The translations under genes were made by a program, and so were the position numbers. 64,000 bases of DNA from a virus. The DNA is taken from positions 16,545 through 80,544 of the IMG/VR virus record IMGVR_UViG_3300045988_129956; one strand, given 5' to 3'. The notes beneath the pieces are model-generated. The model made no database searches. It was not told the origin of the DNA and saw only the letters and a list, made by a program, of their open reading frames with translations. Positions 20,972-31,072 of the stretch are shown here, piece by piece (position 1 is the first letter of the stretch; each line of letters starts with the position of its first letter).

Positions 20972-22111
20972 ATGATTTCATACAAATACAACATCTATCA
21001 TTCGAAGAAAACGAAGTATCTTGACAAGATGCTTCGTGAATGTTGTTTTGTATGGAATCATGCGTTAGCTCTACAACGTAGGTATCACAAACTGTTTGGA
21101 AAATATATTTCAGTCGGTAAGATGAAGAAACATTTTGCCAAGAGGATTAGGAGAAACTTGCTTCATTCTCAAACAACACAAGAGATACTTGAACGTCTTG
21201 ATGAATCTTATAATCGTTTCTTTAAGAAGTTGGCTAAACGACCTCCTAAGTTTAAATCACCGGATAAATTCAATTCTTTTGTATTCAAACAAGGTGGTTT
21301 TACCCTGAATGGTAATTGTTTAACAATTAACAAAGGAAAGAAACGATTTAGATTCTCATACAGTAGAGTCTACGAAGGTAATGTTAAACAAATAAGAATA
21401 GTTAGAGAAACCTGTTACCGTTTTAGTTTGATTATAGTTACAGATCATAATCATTCAAACTCTTATAGAAAGACACATGATGGTGCATCTATAGGATTGG
21501 ATTTTGGACTGAAAACTTATCTAACTAAAAGCGATGGTAGCAAAATCGATTCTCCACTATTCTTCAAACAATATCAAAACAAGATTAGAAAACTAAACAA
21601 ACGGTTTTCTAATGCAAAGAAAGGATCCAACAATAGAAGAAGGAGACTGTTTGAACTCCAACAAACGTATCGTAAAATAAACAATCTTCGATCAGATTTT
21701 CAATGGAAATTAGCTCATGATTTGTGTAAACAATATGATTATATTTTCATTGAAGATCTAAACATTGAAGGAATGAAACGTTTGTGGGGAAAGAAAGTTT
21801 CTGATCTCAGTCATTCTTCTTTTATTGATAAACTAATGTATATTTCTTCAAAGTATGGAGTAACGATACACAAGATTGACAAATGGTATCCTTCTTCCAA
21901 AACTTGCGAATGTGGCTGCATTAATAAAGGTCTGTCGTTACGCGACCGCACGTGGGTGTGCCCGTCGTGCGGTGCGATCAACGACCGTGATATTCTTGCA
22001 GCCCGTAATATACTTCGGAAGGGCATTTCCGAATTGGAGAGTATGGGTAATTCCAGCGATAGCAATATCGGGGTTTCATGCGTTTGTATCCAAGAATCCC
22101 ATTCGCTTTAG
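20972..22111 (+). CDS. tnpB: TnpB (IS605 OrfB) RNA-guided endonuclease family protein
   Basis: N-terminus MISYKYNIY...CCFVWNHALAL. RuvC-I IGLDFGLKTY. RuvC-II IFIEDLNIEGM. Zinc finger CECGC...CPSCG. RuvC-III NDRDILAARNI. The track ORF starts at TTG 20936. The ATG at 20972 is preceded by TAATTTTG (20941-20948). Confidence 0.85.
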   Translation: MISYKYNIYHSKKTKYLDKMLRECCFVWNHALALQRRYHKLFGKYISVGKMKKHFAKRIRRNLLHSQTTQEILERLDESYNRFFKKLAKRPPKFKSPDKFNSFVFKQGGFTLNGNCLTINKGKKRFRFSYSRVYEGNVKQIRIVRETCYRFSLIIVTDHNHSNSYRKTHDGASIGLDFGLKTYLTKSDGSKIDSPLFFKQYQNKIRKLNKRFSNAKKGSNNRRRRLFELQQTYRKINNLRSDFQWKLAHDLCKQYDYIFIEDLNIEGMKRLWGKKVSDLSHSSFIDKLMYISSKYGVTIHKIDKWYPSSKTCECGCINKGLSLRDRTWVCPSCGAINDRDILAARNILRKGISELESMGNSSDSNIGVSCVCIQESHSL

Positions 22112-22163
22112 CGATGGGAGTATGTCAAACTGGTAATTGCATAATTTAATTGAGCGCAGATCC

Positions 22164-22187
22164 AAAGGACCCCAGTGAATCCTTTTT
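22164..22187 (+). terminator. rho-independent terminator candidate after tnpB
   Basis: AAAGGA-ccccagtgaa-TCCTTT followed by TTTTTT. Confidence 0.45.
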
Positions 22188-22262
22188 TGACGTATATGAT
22201 AGAGATGAGATGAAATTGATATACGGAATAAAGATCAGTATTCTGAAAGAAATGTTTATCAT

Positions 22263-22583
22263 ATGATTACCAAGCAGGACATACAAACAGCAGCATCGTA
22301 TATTTTCCGAAGCAGTTTTGTCTCGGAGGACCAGGCAAGGAAAGCAATGGTAAAAGCCGGCAATAACGCTACCAAGATCCTCGTCAAGACCTTTAGAGGC
22401 AAGTTGTTCAAGAAAGCTTTTGAAAGAGCCCGTAGAGGAAAGGATATCAGTTCTTTTGAAAGACAGGAAAAAGAAAGTGGTTTTAATTTTCTTTATAATC
22501 CTAATAATGGTCGTATGCGAAGCGGTCATATTATAATAGACGGAATTGGTCTGTTTAAACAAATAATAGAGTCGGGTACGTAA
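22263..22583 (+). CDS. hypothetical protein (106 aa)
   Basis: ORF, basic. Confidence 0.45.
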   Translation: MITKQDIQTAASYIFRSSFVSEDQARKAMVKAGNNATKILVKTFRGKLFKKAFERARRGKDISSFERQEKESGFNFLYNPNNGRMRSGHIIIDGIGLFKQIIESGT

Positions 22584-22612
22584 GTTATCCGACTTTTTCA
22601 TATATTTGTGGC

Positions 22613-22936
22613 ATGACAAAAGGTTATTATTGGATACCACAAACAGATGAAACGTTAAATGGCAGAAGCTATTACGTAACTAAGGTAGTAGGAGATATAG
22701 TGTTTGATACTAAACGAAAAAGAATAGTGTTTCAAACTACCAGGTATTTCCCAGTAGGCTCCGTATTCCATTTTACTCACAACTGCTTTAAATACGTCAT
22801 AACCTGCCGGCTCCGTAAGCCTGGGCTGTGGTATGAGGCAAGGAGGGAAGACTGCGGACCTATTGGACCGGATGATGTGGAAAGGTTCGAATCAGGAAGG
22901 TTTATTCATAGAAATGGGTACAAATACAATGCATAA
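22613..22936 (+). CDS. hypothetical protein (107 aa)
   Basis: ORF in series with neighbours. Confidence 0.45.
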   Translation: MTKGYYWIPQTDETLNGRSYYVTKVVGDIVFDTKRKRIVFQTTRYFPVGSVFHFTHNCFKYVITCRLRKPGLWYEARREDCGPIGPDDVERFESGRFIHRNGYKYNA

Positions 22937-23076
22937 GCGTAACTTGACGATTTGCGTCAGATTATAATTTTTTTTCATATTTATATTAAGCCGTCAGACT
23001 GGGAAGTTAGACGGCTTTGTTTTTATCATGTGCCTGATTTTTAATTACCTTTGTCTCATAACAAAAATGTTTTACT

Positions 23077-26000
23077 ATGACATCAACGTGTATTATTAAA
23101 AGAGATAATAAAAAGAAAGTTGTTTCTGTCTCTACCAGATCAGGGGACAGGTCTATGTTATTCGATAAGATAGCATCTATTCCTCTTATGGAAAATAGGG
23201 AACGGGCTACTACTGTTTTTAAAACCGTATTTTCTAATAAGTTCTTAAAGGCTTTTGGTGACTGGAGAAGGAATGTGCCTATCAACAAACAGGCTTACAA
23301 TAAGGTAAAATTCAATATCGACCTTATTCCAGAGACCTATAGAGAAAGGGTGCTGGATAAGGCTTCTAAGATGAGCAACCCTATTCTTGTGTCGAAATCA
23401 GATGCACCTTATGGGATTCAAGAATCAGGCTTTGGATTCTATAGCCAGGATCTGGGTGATAATATTATGTTGGTGGATGCTATGGTTCCGTCAGGTATTT
23501 CCATACCGGAAGGACCGGGAATAGACGCCGGCCAGTATCTACAAGATGCTATATCTTCAGACTTCACTCCCGTATCTATGGTACAGGATAAGGGTGTTGA
23601 TTATATGGTCATAAAAGACGGTCTTAAGATATTTAGCCCAGAAGAGCTACCAGAGGCAGATTCTAATCCTGTGGGTGTAACGTATCAGACTGGAGAGCCT
23701 CGTTTGTTTTTCATGAACGATCGTAATCAATTATTTGAAGATTACGGAGAAGCTCTTCGCTCTGGAGGGAATGATATTAGAATAGGATTCTTATCAGGCA
23801 TCGTTCAAGAATCTACCGTGGATGGAGTGGCAGACATTACTTACAAGGCTGGAAAGTATGTTCTTAATAATTCCAAGTCTTTTATACCGGTCATGACCGC
23901 TTCCGCTTCTACTTCTTTATCAACAAAAGGCGGTATAATTAACTACCTTATAAAGAAAGGTCTTGTTTCCGGATCCAAGATATTCGATCCGGAAACAAGA
24001 AGCTATTATATTACAGGAGAAGGACATACAGGACAAATTAGACTTTTCAATTCAGCATTATCCTACACTGAGCTCCGTAATCATTTTGGTTCTGATGTTT
24101 CCATGAATGATCAAGGCATGATAACCATAAATTCATTGGATAATAGTAAGGTAACTATGAGACTCGCCACCGGAGGAACGGAAAGGGTTAGCAGGGGGCA
24201 GATAAAGAACGATCTCAAGTCAGGAAGATACAATGAATTGGACGCCAAGTACGATCATTTTGATGCGCTTGTAGTTTCATTCATATTAGAAGACAACGAT
24301 CTTTATGCTGATACTAAAGCTAAGATCGTATCGGATTATAGCCAAGAGGAACGTAATCAACGAAATTCTATTGTTGAGATACTGAAAACGCTGGGCGTTA
24401 GTGTCGTTGGCATGACCGATTATATAGAGAAGTACCAAACTAAATACGGACACGAACCTTCTGCTAAAGCATTGGCGGATATTGCCAATAACGTAATAGC
24501 AGTCGGTGAAGATGCTACTTTGTCTGACTTAGTAGAAGAAACAGCCCACTTTCTTGTAGAGGCGTACAGAGATCAGAATGCTGTTGAGGCTGTTCTGCAA
24601 AATGTAGAAGGCACTGAAGAATGGAATCAGTATGCAGGTCAGTATTATAATACATACGGTAAGGTATATGAAGGAGCTGAGCTTGATAATGCTGTTAGGA
24701 GAGAAATTCTTGGAAAGATCCTCGCCAGGGAGATGCAGACCGGCACAGCACAGGCGCCGGTAGAGCCCACCTCCTTCCTGGGGCGCGTCCGGCAGCTTCT
24801 CTCTGGAATTGTAAACTGGCTTAAATCAGCTTTATCAACCCAAAGACAGGATTTGAATAACGTTATTAAAAATATTCGTGATCTTGCTATTACCGACATA
24901 GATAAAGGATTTGATACTTCTCTTTTGAAGGATAATGACTTTACATTATACTCCCTTTCTTCTATGAACAAGAACAAGTTTCTTGAGTCTAAAATCAGGG
25001 CATTGAGAAAAACGTTAAGAGACTTACGTCAGATAAGCTCTGATAGGGCTGTAACTACGTCTATGACCCTTGCTCAGCTTAAGACCATAGAAGATAAGAT
25101 AAATAAGGTAGAGACCGAAATAGACAAGAATGAGATGGCGGCCGCCATGAACAGCATGATCTCCACAGCCGAAGCTCAGGTTAGATACTTAAGCAACGTA
25201 GTAAATACTATCCTTCATGGTGATACCAAAGACGGTAAGCTTCATTTCAATACCAATGATCGAAAGAACGTAGATATTATCAACAACCAGGTTCTTCCGA
25301 TCATGAACGATCTTCGAGGATATATCCGTAACAGAAGTACCGAATTTGATGAGCGTGAAAAGCAGGATTATACAAATAGGATCAATACCGTCATTGCCGA
25401 CATCAACGGTATTCAGTCTGATATTAAATCAGTACAAGATCTTGATGAAAGTACGTTGCTTGACAAGTTAATGAACGAACTTCATGTGCCAGCAGATAAG
25501 GTAAAGAGAGTAAAAGAGTTCTTTGATAAGGTTCAACATGATGTGTCCTGGATAAGTAGGTGGTTTGGTATATTAGAACATTCCTCCAGCCCATTTAATA
25601 ACGCTCTTGGATCTATGATTGCCAAAGACAATTACAATGCGATGGTGAATGCCCAGCCCGCTATATCCGACTTTCTGGCATATGCGAAAAAGCATGGTTT
25701 TAACAAATCTGAATTTGAAAAACTGCTTCAGAAAGTAGACGGAAAAACTTCTAATTATCTTCGTAGTGCTCTTGATATGGCTAAATACGATCGTAATAAG
25801 AAGCTGGCGCAGATGCGAGCGTTTGCGACCGCCATGAACATAGAGATATCAGAAGAGGAAATCAATGATGTGGTTGACAATAACCGTAATTACGTATTTA
25901 AAAGAGAAGTAGTTGACAAGGACGGAAATACGGTTACTGAGAACGCTAAATTTAAACCGTCGTCCGATAGGGTTAATACCGATATTTTTACCATCGAGCA

Positions 26001-29000
26001 GGAAAAGATTTATACAGAACAGATGGAGAAGTGGGATGCTGAAAATTCAGAACTGGAATTTAGTGAAAGTTATGCCACAAGAATGGAATCCATATACAAA
26101 AAGGCCGAAGAAGAATTAGGGCATCCGGTTTCTCAAACAACCAAAGAATACCTTAACGCTCTTTCTCGGCAGAAGCGGATATTGAGGCAGCCTTTTATTG
26201 ATAGCAATGGTAATTTTGATGAGGTTGCTTACTATAAGAGTAGTAACTACGAAGAAGAAGGACTGCTTCGTAAACAACGTAAGGAAGCAGCTTCAGAATA
26301 CATATATGTAGGAACCAGGAGAGTGGAAAAAACCGGCGACCAACTTAAGATGGCCAAAGAAATACAAGCTATAAATGAAGTTTGGAGAAAGGAATCAAAT
26401 AATGTCACTAATGTCGTATCAGAATCGTTTTTGCAAAAATTGAGAACGATTCAGAACGAGTCAGGAGGAGAAGCTGCGCTGAAGACACTTATGTTGGGGG
26501 GTCACCTGTCATTCAACGATCGGTTTTGGAATGACGTAGAATCAGAACAATCGGCGCGCACCGAATCAAACAACAAGGCTTCGTATCTTAAAATGGCGCA
26601 AGACATCATTAGTTCTACGACAAGTGATAGAGATGCAACTGACGTGGATTCGATTGTAAAAGATATAGAAAAAAATAAGGCTATTATAAAGGAAATAATC
26701 GGAAACAATCGCGATGTGGCTGATATCGGAGAAATTAATGAAGCGACATTTACCTCATCTGAAAGAGATGCTTTTAGGGCCGCATCTGAAGCTATTGAAG
26801 CCGATTACGCTATCTTAATAGATTATGCTAAGATGGTGGGTCTTGAAGATATTGATAAGTACCTTACTAAAAGCAGTAAGGCTGAAAACGAAGTAAATCA
26901 GTCTTATTTAAATGCTCTTGCTGACTCCAAGGAAGTGGAATGGAAGTTCGTACAACGTCATACTACGGCGAAGAAAGCAAAAAGGATTCAGGCTTTAAGG
27001 GATAAGCTGTTTAAGGCTGCTGATAACCGATATCTGTTTACCGTATCTGAAACCAACTACCTGTCAGAAAAGCTTGGAATAAGCAAAGAATTAGACGGTA
27101 GAGATTTTAGGAATGCCGTCAATGCTAAAATGGCCAGCTTATTTTTAAATAATACAAGAGAAGAGGGTATAGAAGCTGACATAAAAGCAGGTATAGAAGA
27201 AGCTAATGCGATCGTTAATGAATTTGCCAGGAGCCAGGTCTTTTCGTACTATAAACGCATGGCACCTACCGGATATGCGGCTATGATTGGTAAAATAGGC
27301 CGCGGTGAGATAGATGTGGCGCAGATGGTTAAAGACGTACAGAACGGAACATCCACCCAAGATTATGGCATGGACATATCATACCTGTCTTTCGACCCTG
27401 CAAGGGCATGGGTGGCTGAATCTGAAGCCGAAAATAGCGGTCGTAACCCTGATTATGTAAAAGATCATGGGTATGGTCATCGTATGCCCAAGAAAAGCCT
27501 GTATCGTGATGAATCGTATTTCAATGACTTTGGTATCAAGTATGATGCTGACGGTAATGAGGTTGCTACTAAAAACGTAGAGCAATGGAATATGATTCAA
27601 AAACTTAAGGAAATAAAAAGACAATCCCTTTCCTTATACAAAGAGCAGAGCCCGAACCTGTATGCTATTCCACAGATATCAAAACAAGATATAGAACGTA
27701 TAGAAGGATTGGGTATTAACTTCAAAAATACGGTTCGTAATTTTGTATCAGATCTGTGCCTGGACAGAGTAGACGATTCTTTATACGGTAAAACCAGACA
27801 AGGGGAAGTATATGATCCGGAAGACAGACTTAGGTCTATACCCAAATACTACATATATGAATTGGAGAACCAAGATGATGTATCTCACGATTTTGGCTAC
27901 TCTTATTCTATGCTTATGATGCAGTCATCGTTATACAACGAAAAGCAGAAGTCTATAGAGCTCGCTCAAGGACTGGAGCAGATGTTACTGAATAAACAAT
28001 TTGAAGGTGGTAAAAAGGCTGAAGCAACCCAAGCATATCAGATGTTCAGGGACTTCTTCAACGATCATTATTATGGCATTAGGATGAACACCAAAAAACT
28101 TACGGTGAACATCGGAGGATATACGGTAGACCTTACCAGGATAATGATGGCCGTTGAAAGATTTATGTCGGTTATGAACCTGGCGCTGTCCCCGTTTGTG
28201 GCAGCTACCGGCGCCTTAACAGGTCATATCAACCTCATCATGGAATCTGCCGTAGGACAGTATATAAGCAAAGACTCCCTTAAATACGCATCGGCTGAGT
28301 TTTCACGTCTTGCGCCATCTTGTATAGCAGAAACCGGAGACATAGATAGAAAAAGCAAATTATATGTCATAGGTGAGAGAATGGGGATATTCAATATCCG
28401 AAATCGTATGTATGGTGCCGGATACAATAGAGCGGCCAGGACCTTAATGCGTTCGCCTATGTATGCTTTTATGGAAATCCTGAACTACCCTCTTGATCCG
28501 CAGGTTATGATTGCTACTATGGACAATGTTCGTTATTACAAAGGCCGGTTCTATACGTTCCAAGATTTCAAGATGGAAAAAGAACGTAATAAAGAACAGA
28601 GTACCATAAAAAGAGAATGGAACGCATTAAAAGATCGTACTTTATGGAGTATGGTAGATGTCGTGGATGGAAAGGTGGTTGTAAAGCCCGGATCGGGTGT
28701 TACTGTTGAGGAAGTTGAAACCCAGATGGCTATAACCCGTAATCAGGTTCGTAGCTTGTCACAGATATGTAACGGATCTTTGAATGAAGAAAACCGAACT
28801 GCCGCATCGCGCAACTGGATAGCCAGGTTCATGACCGCCCACCGAGGATGGTTGGTGCTGGCGGCTCAACGTCTGTGGAAAAGACGTGGCTTCAATTTCC
28901 AGACAATGCAAGAAGAGGAAGGACTGTCAATTACGTTAAAGAATATGATAGCCAAAACATTTAGCTTAGCTTCCGAGTCTGGTATGAAAAACATCATAGA

Positions 29001-29523
29001 TGCCTGGAACGAAAATAAAGACAATATGAATGAGGTAGAAAAAACCAATCTCAAACGTCTCAGTGTCTATGCCGGCACGTTCCTTATCATGCAGGCCGTA
29101 TCTATGCTTCTTGCCGGATGGCGTGATGATGATGAAAACGAAGAAAGTTGGCTTACTCAATTTGGATCCTATGTCGGATTCAGAACCATAAACGAAATAG
29201 CTTCACAGATGCCGTTTATTATGGAGCTTAACGTGGTAGATATCATTAACGATCCGTTTGTTATGGGAAGGAAGCTGAAGGATCTTACCGATCTTAGGAA
29301 TTATTCACTTGATAAAGTAACATCCGGCACATACAAAGGAGAGTCTAAGTTATTTAGGCAACTCGCCAAACAGACGTTTATCAAACAATGGTATAACATT
29401 AAGACGCCGGAAGACGTAGCGCGCGCCTATAATTGGTGGCAGCAGACGAACAACAAGTCAATGATGTTCTTCATCGGCGCCACTCCTGATTCGGAAGGAG
29501 ACGATGATGTTAGCTACAAATAG
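23077..29523 (+). CDS. giant virion or cargo protein (2148 aa); virion RNA polymerase is a possible identity but is not shown
   Basis: 6.4-kb uninterrupted ORF. It is the last plus-strand gene before the convergence point. It contains KYDADGNEV and VDKDGNTV (DxDGN) motifs, but no clear NADFDGD. Confidence 0.7.
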   Translation: MTSTCIIKRDNKKKVVSVSTRSGDRSMLFDKIASIPLMENRERATTVFKTVFSNKFLKAFGDWRRNVPINKQAYNKVKFNIDLIPETYRERVLDKASKMSNPILVSKSDAPYGIQESGFGFYSQDLGDNIMLVDAMVPSGISIPEGPGIDAGQYLQDAISSDFTPVSMVQDKGVDYMVIKDGLKIFSPEELPEADSNPVGVTYQTGEPRLFFMNDRNQLFEDYGEALRSGGNDIRIGFLSGIVQESTVDGVADITYKAGKYVLNNSKSFIPVMTASASTSLSTKGGIINYLIKKGLVSGSKIFDPETRSYYITGEGHTGQIRLFNSALSYTELRNHFGSDVSMNDQGMITINSLDNSKVTMRLATGGTERVSRGQIKNDLKSGRYNELDAKYDHFDALVVSFILEDNDLYADTKAKIVSDYSQEERNQRNSIVEILKTLGVSVVGMTDYIEKYQTKYGHEPSAKALADIANNVIAVGEDATLSDLVEETAHFLVEAYRDQNAVEAVLQNVEGTEEWNQYAGQYYNTYGKVYEGAELDNAVRREILGKILAREMQTGTAQAPVEPTSFLGRVRQLLSGIVNWLKSALSTQRQDLNNVIKNIRDLAITDIDKGFDTSLLKDNDFTLYSLSSMNKNKFLESKIRALRKTLRDLRQISSDRAVTTSMTLAQLKTIEDKINKVETEIDKNEMAAAMNSMISTAEAQVRYLSNVVNTILHGDTKDGKLHFNTNDRKNVDIINNQVLPIMNDLRGYIRNRSTEFDEREKQDYTNRINTVIADINGIQSDIKSVQDLDESTLLDKLMNELHVPADKVKRVKEFFDKVQHDVSWISRWFGILEHSSSPFNNALGSMIAKDNYNAMVNAQPAISDFLAYAKKHGFNKSEFEKLLQKVDGKTSNYLRSALDMAKYDRNKKLAQMRAFATAMNIEISEEEINDVVDNNRNYVFKREVVDKDGNTVTENAKFKPSSDRVNTDIFTIEQEKIYTEQMEKWDAENSELEFSESYATRMESIYKKAEEELGHPVSQTTKEYLNALSRQKRILRQPFIDSNGNFDEVAYYKSSNYEEEGLLRKQRKEAASEYIYVGTRRVEKTGDQLKMAKEIQAINEVWRKESNNVTNVVSESFLQKLRTIQNESGGEAALKTLMLGGHLSFNDRFWNDVESEQSARTESNNKASYLKMAQDIISSTTSDRDATDVDSIVKDIEKNKAIIKEIIGNNRDVADIGEINEATFTSSERDAFRAASEAIEADYAILIDYAKMVGLEDIDKYLTKSSKAENEVNQSYLNALADSKEVEWKFVQRHTTAKKAKRIQALRDKLFKAADNRYLFTVSETNYLSEKLGISKELDGRDFRNAVNAKMASLFLNNTREEGIEADIKAGIEEANAIVNEFARSQVFSYYKRMAPTGYAAMIGKIGRGEIDVAQMVKDVQNGTSTQDYGMDISYLSFDPARAWVAESEAENSGRNPDYVKDHGYGHRMPKKSLYRDESYFNDFGIKYDADGNEVATKNVEQWNMIQKLKEIKRQSLSLYKEQSPNLYAIPQISKQDIERIEGLGINFKNTVRNFVSDLCLDRVDDSLYGKTRQGEVYDPEDRLRSIPKYYIYELENQDDVSHDFGYSYSMLMMQSSLYNEKQKSIELAQGLEQMLLNKQFEGGKKAEATQAYQMFRDFFNDHYYGIRMNTKKLTVNIGGYTVDLTRIMMAVERFMSVMNLALSPFVAATGALTGHINLIMESAVGQYISKDSLKYASAEFSRLAPSCIAETGDIDRKSKLYVIGERMGIFNIRNRMYGAGYNRAARTLMRSPMYAFMEILNYPLDPQVMIATMDNVRYYKGRFYTFQDFKMEKERNKEQSTIKREWNALKDRTLWSMVDVVDGKVVVKPGSGVTVEEVETQMAITRNQVRSLSQICNGSLNEENRTAASRNWIARFMTAHRGWLVLAAQRLWKRRGFNFQTMQEEEGLSITLKNMIAKTFSLASESGMKNIIDAWNENKDNMNEVEKTNLKRLSVYAGTFLIMQAVSMLLAGWRDDDENEESWLTQFGSYVGFRTINEIASQMPFIMELNVVDIINDPFVMGRKLKDLTDLRNYSLDKVTSGTYKGESKLFRQLAKQTFIKQWYNIKTPEDVARAYNWWQQTNNKSMMFFIGATPDSEGDDDVSYK

Positions 29524-29659
29524 ACGAAGAATATCGGACTTGCATTGTTTTGGTATGATTCCAATATGCTATATTAGCATCGTCAAAGAGTAGATTGTAC
29601 GTTTTTTGTTCTTACTTGAAAGATTATGTAGGTTTAATTTTTTCTGAAATTGTTTTCTT

Positions 29660-29701
29660 ACCGGTTCTCAGTCAGGGATGATAGGGAACCGGTTTCTTTT
29701 A
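29660..29701 (+). terminator. rho-independent terminator (plus-strand block)
   Basis: ACCGGTTC...GAACCGGT 8-bp perfect stem followed by TTCTTTT. Confidence 0.55.
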
Positions 29702-29739
29702 TGTTGTACCAAACAATTGCGATATGAGTTTAAATAAAA

Positions 29740-29779
29740 AACAATTATGGCACCAAGAACTATTGGTGCCATAATTGTT
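29740..29779. terminator. bidirectional terminator / 17-bp perfect palindrome at the convergence point
   Basis: AACAATTATGGCACCAA-gaacta-TTGGTGCCATAATTGTT, flanked by A-runs and T-runs on both sides. Confidence 0.55.
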
Positions 29780-29891
29780 AAAACCGTTTATTGTAACAAG
29801 AGTCCACTACCTTTACCCTCTTTTCTTCTTTCTTACTTCCCCATTAGTTGATTTCCTTTCAACTATTCTAAGAGGAATATGAAACAAGTTT

Positions 29892-30380
29892 CTAAGCATT
29901 AATTTCATGACCTTCCCTATTTGTGAAAACTAAACCAATACCTTCTATAATATATCCTACTACAGGAGCTTTGTCAAATTCCTCCTTCGTAGCCCAGGTA
30001 GCATTATCAGGCATCAGATCCTTGAATGCGTCCGAAACATCACCTTGACACCAGCAGTTATTTGATACAACAATGCCTTTCCCTTCGATATTGATATACA
30101 TTTTTCTTCCACCACATCCAAGGGTGTTCCATCCGCTCGGTACGTTTTCCACCATAGGCTTAAGCACCCAGCTTACACCGTCTATCCTAACCCATCCAGG
30201 ATCGTCTTTGTGCTTGTCGTACAAGTTTTGCCAAAAAGAGCATTCGTAGCACCACCCCCTGTCTTCCATGACAGTTCTTATCTCACACCTTTCAAATCCA
30301 TTTGCATCCATCGTGTGCGGAGAATGAGGCTGGTGAGGGGTGCCACATTTCGGACATACGAGTTTTAAATTATTTTTCAT
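29892..30380 (-). CDS. Cys-rich hypothetical protein (162 aa)
   Basis: CPKCG ... CYECSFW ... CWCQG. Last gene of the minus-strand block. Confidence 0.5.
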   Translation of the reverse strand: MKNNLKLVCPKCGTPHQPHSPHTMDANGFERCEIRTVMEDRGWCYECSFWQNLYDKHKDDPGWVRIDGVSWVLKPMVENVPSGWNTLGCGGRKMYINIEGKGIVVSNNCWCQGDVSDAFKDLMPDNATWATKEEFDKAPVVGYIIEGIGLVFTNREGHEINA

Positions 30381-30482
30381 ATTATTTCACTTTTACGATC
30401 TTAACAGAATCTCCGATATTGTATTCCCCTTGGTATCCACTGAATCAATAAAAGACTCTTTATTTTTTTTTTCTGAAAAGAT

Positions 30483-30980
30483 TTAGGCATTTAACTCTGA
30501 TTTATAAAACTTCATTGTTGTTTCTTTGGAGATATAAACTTCGCATCTATCAGCTGGGCCATAACCTACACGCGCTTGTATCCAAGGCAACTCTCTATGT
30601 ATTGCTGTTTCAAGCTGAAACTGATTCCATTCTGAAAGATTTTCCAAAACAGTACTCACTAAATCTTTCTGGTCTGTTGTTAATTTGGCAAACTCAGCGT
30701 CAACATCTATATCACCGGGAGCATAACTATAGGACAATTCTGAGTATAAAATTGATTTGTCTTTTAAACTGTCGTACACTTTACGGCTAACCGGCCCATG
30801 AACCCACGCTTGAAATTTATCAGAAACCAATTCTGTACCAAAGTAAGCAAGATGGTATGCGTCACAATAAAACAACAATTTTTGCAATTTTAAGTGAGAC
30901 ATAGAGCCATAATGCTTAACAATATATTCACATAAGACTAATGAGTCTATCTTTTGAAGTTTTCGGCTCGTCGTTTCCAT
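30483..30980 (-). CDS. Panacea-domain (DUF4065, PanA/SocA-like) protein, candidate antitoxin
   Basis: LKLQKLLFYCDAYHLAYFG...FQAWVHGPVSRKVY matches the Panacea signature (KLqKLlY.a. ... aw..GPv). The track ORF extends to 31076. ATG 30980 (METTSRK) is more likely. Confidence 0.5.
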   Translation of the reverse strand: METTSRKLQKIDSLVLCEYIVKHYGSMSHLKLQKLLFYCDAYHLAYFGTELVSDKFQAWVHGPVSRKVYDSLKDKSILYSELSYSYAPGDIDVDAEFAKLTTDQKDLVSTVLENLSEWNQFQLETAIHRELPWIQARVGYGPADRCEVYISKETTMKFYKSELNA

Positions 30981-31072
30981 TTTTCTATTTTTTTGATGAC
31001 AAAAATACCCTTTTGTTTTTCTAAAACAAAGAAAATCCTTTATTTGTTTGTTAAACGTGTTTACAAACACTT

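Larger units (their letters stand above)
20930..22190 (+). mobile_element. IS200/IS605-family tnpB-only element (boundaries not determined)
   Basis: Intact TnpB ORF with no tnpA. A subterminal hairpin TTTGATTAATTTTGAATCAAA lies at 20936-20956. A terminator hairpin follows 50 nt after the stop. Confidence 0.4.

Noticed and set aside
21876-22136. Plus-strand ORF overlapping the 3-prime end of tnpB in another frame
   Set aside because: It is fully nested in the TnpB RuvC-III / zinc-finger coding region with no independent signals. It is likely spurious, although this region would be the omega-RNA scaffold.
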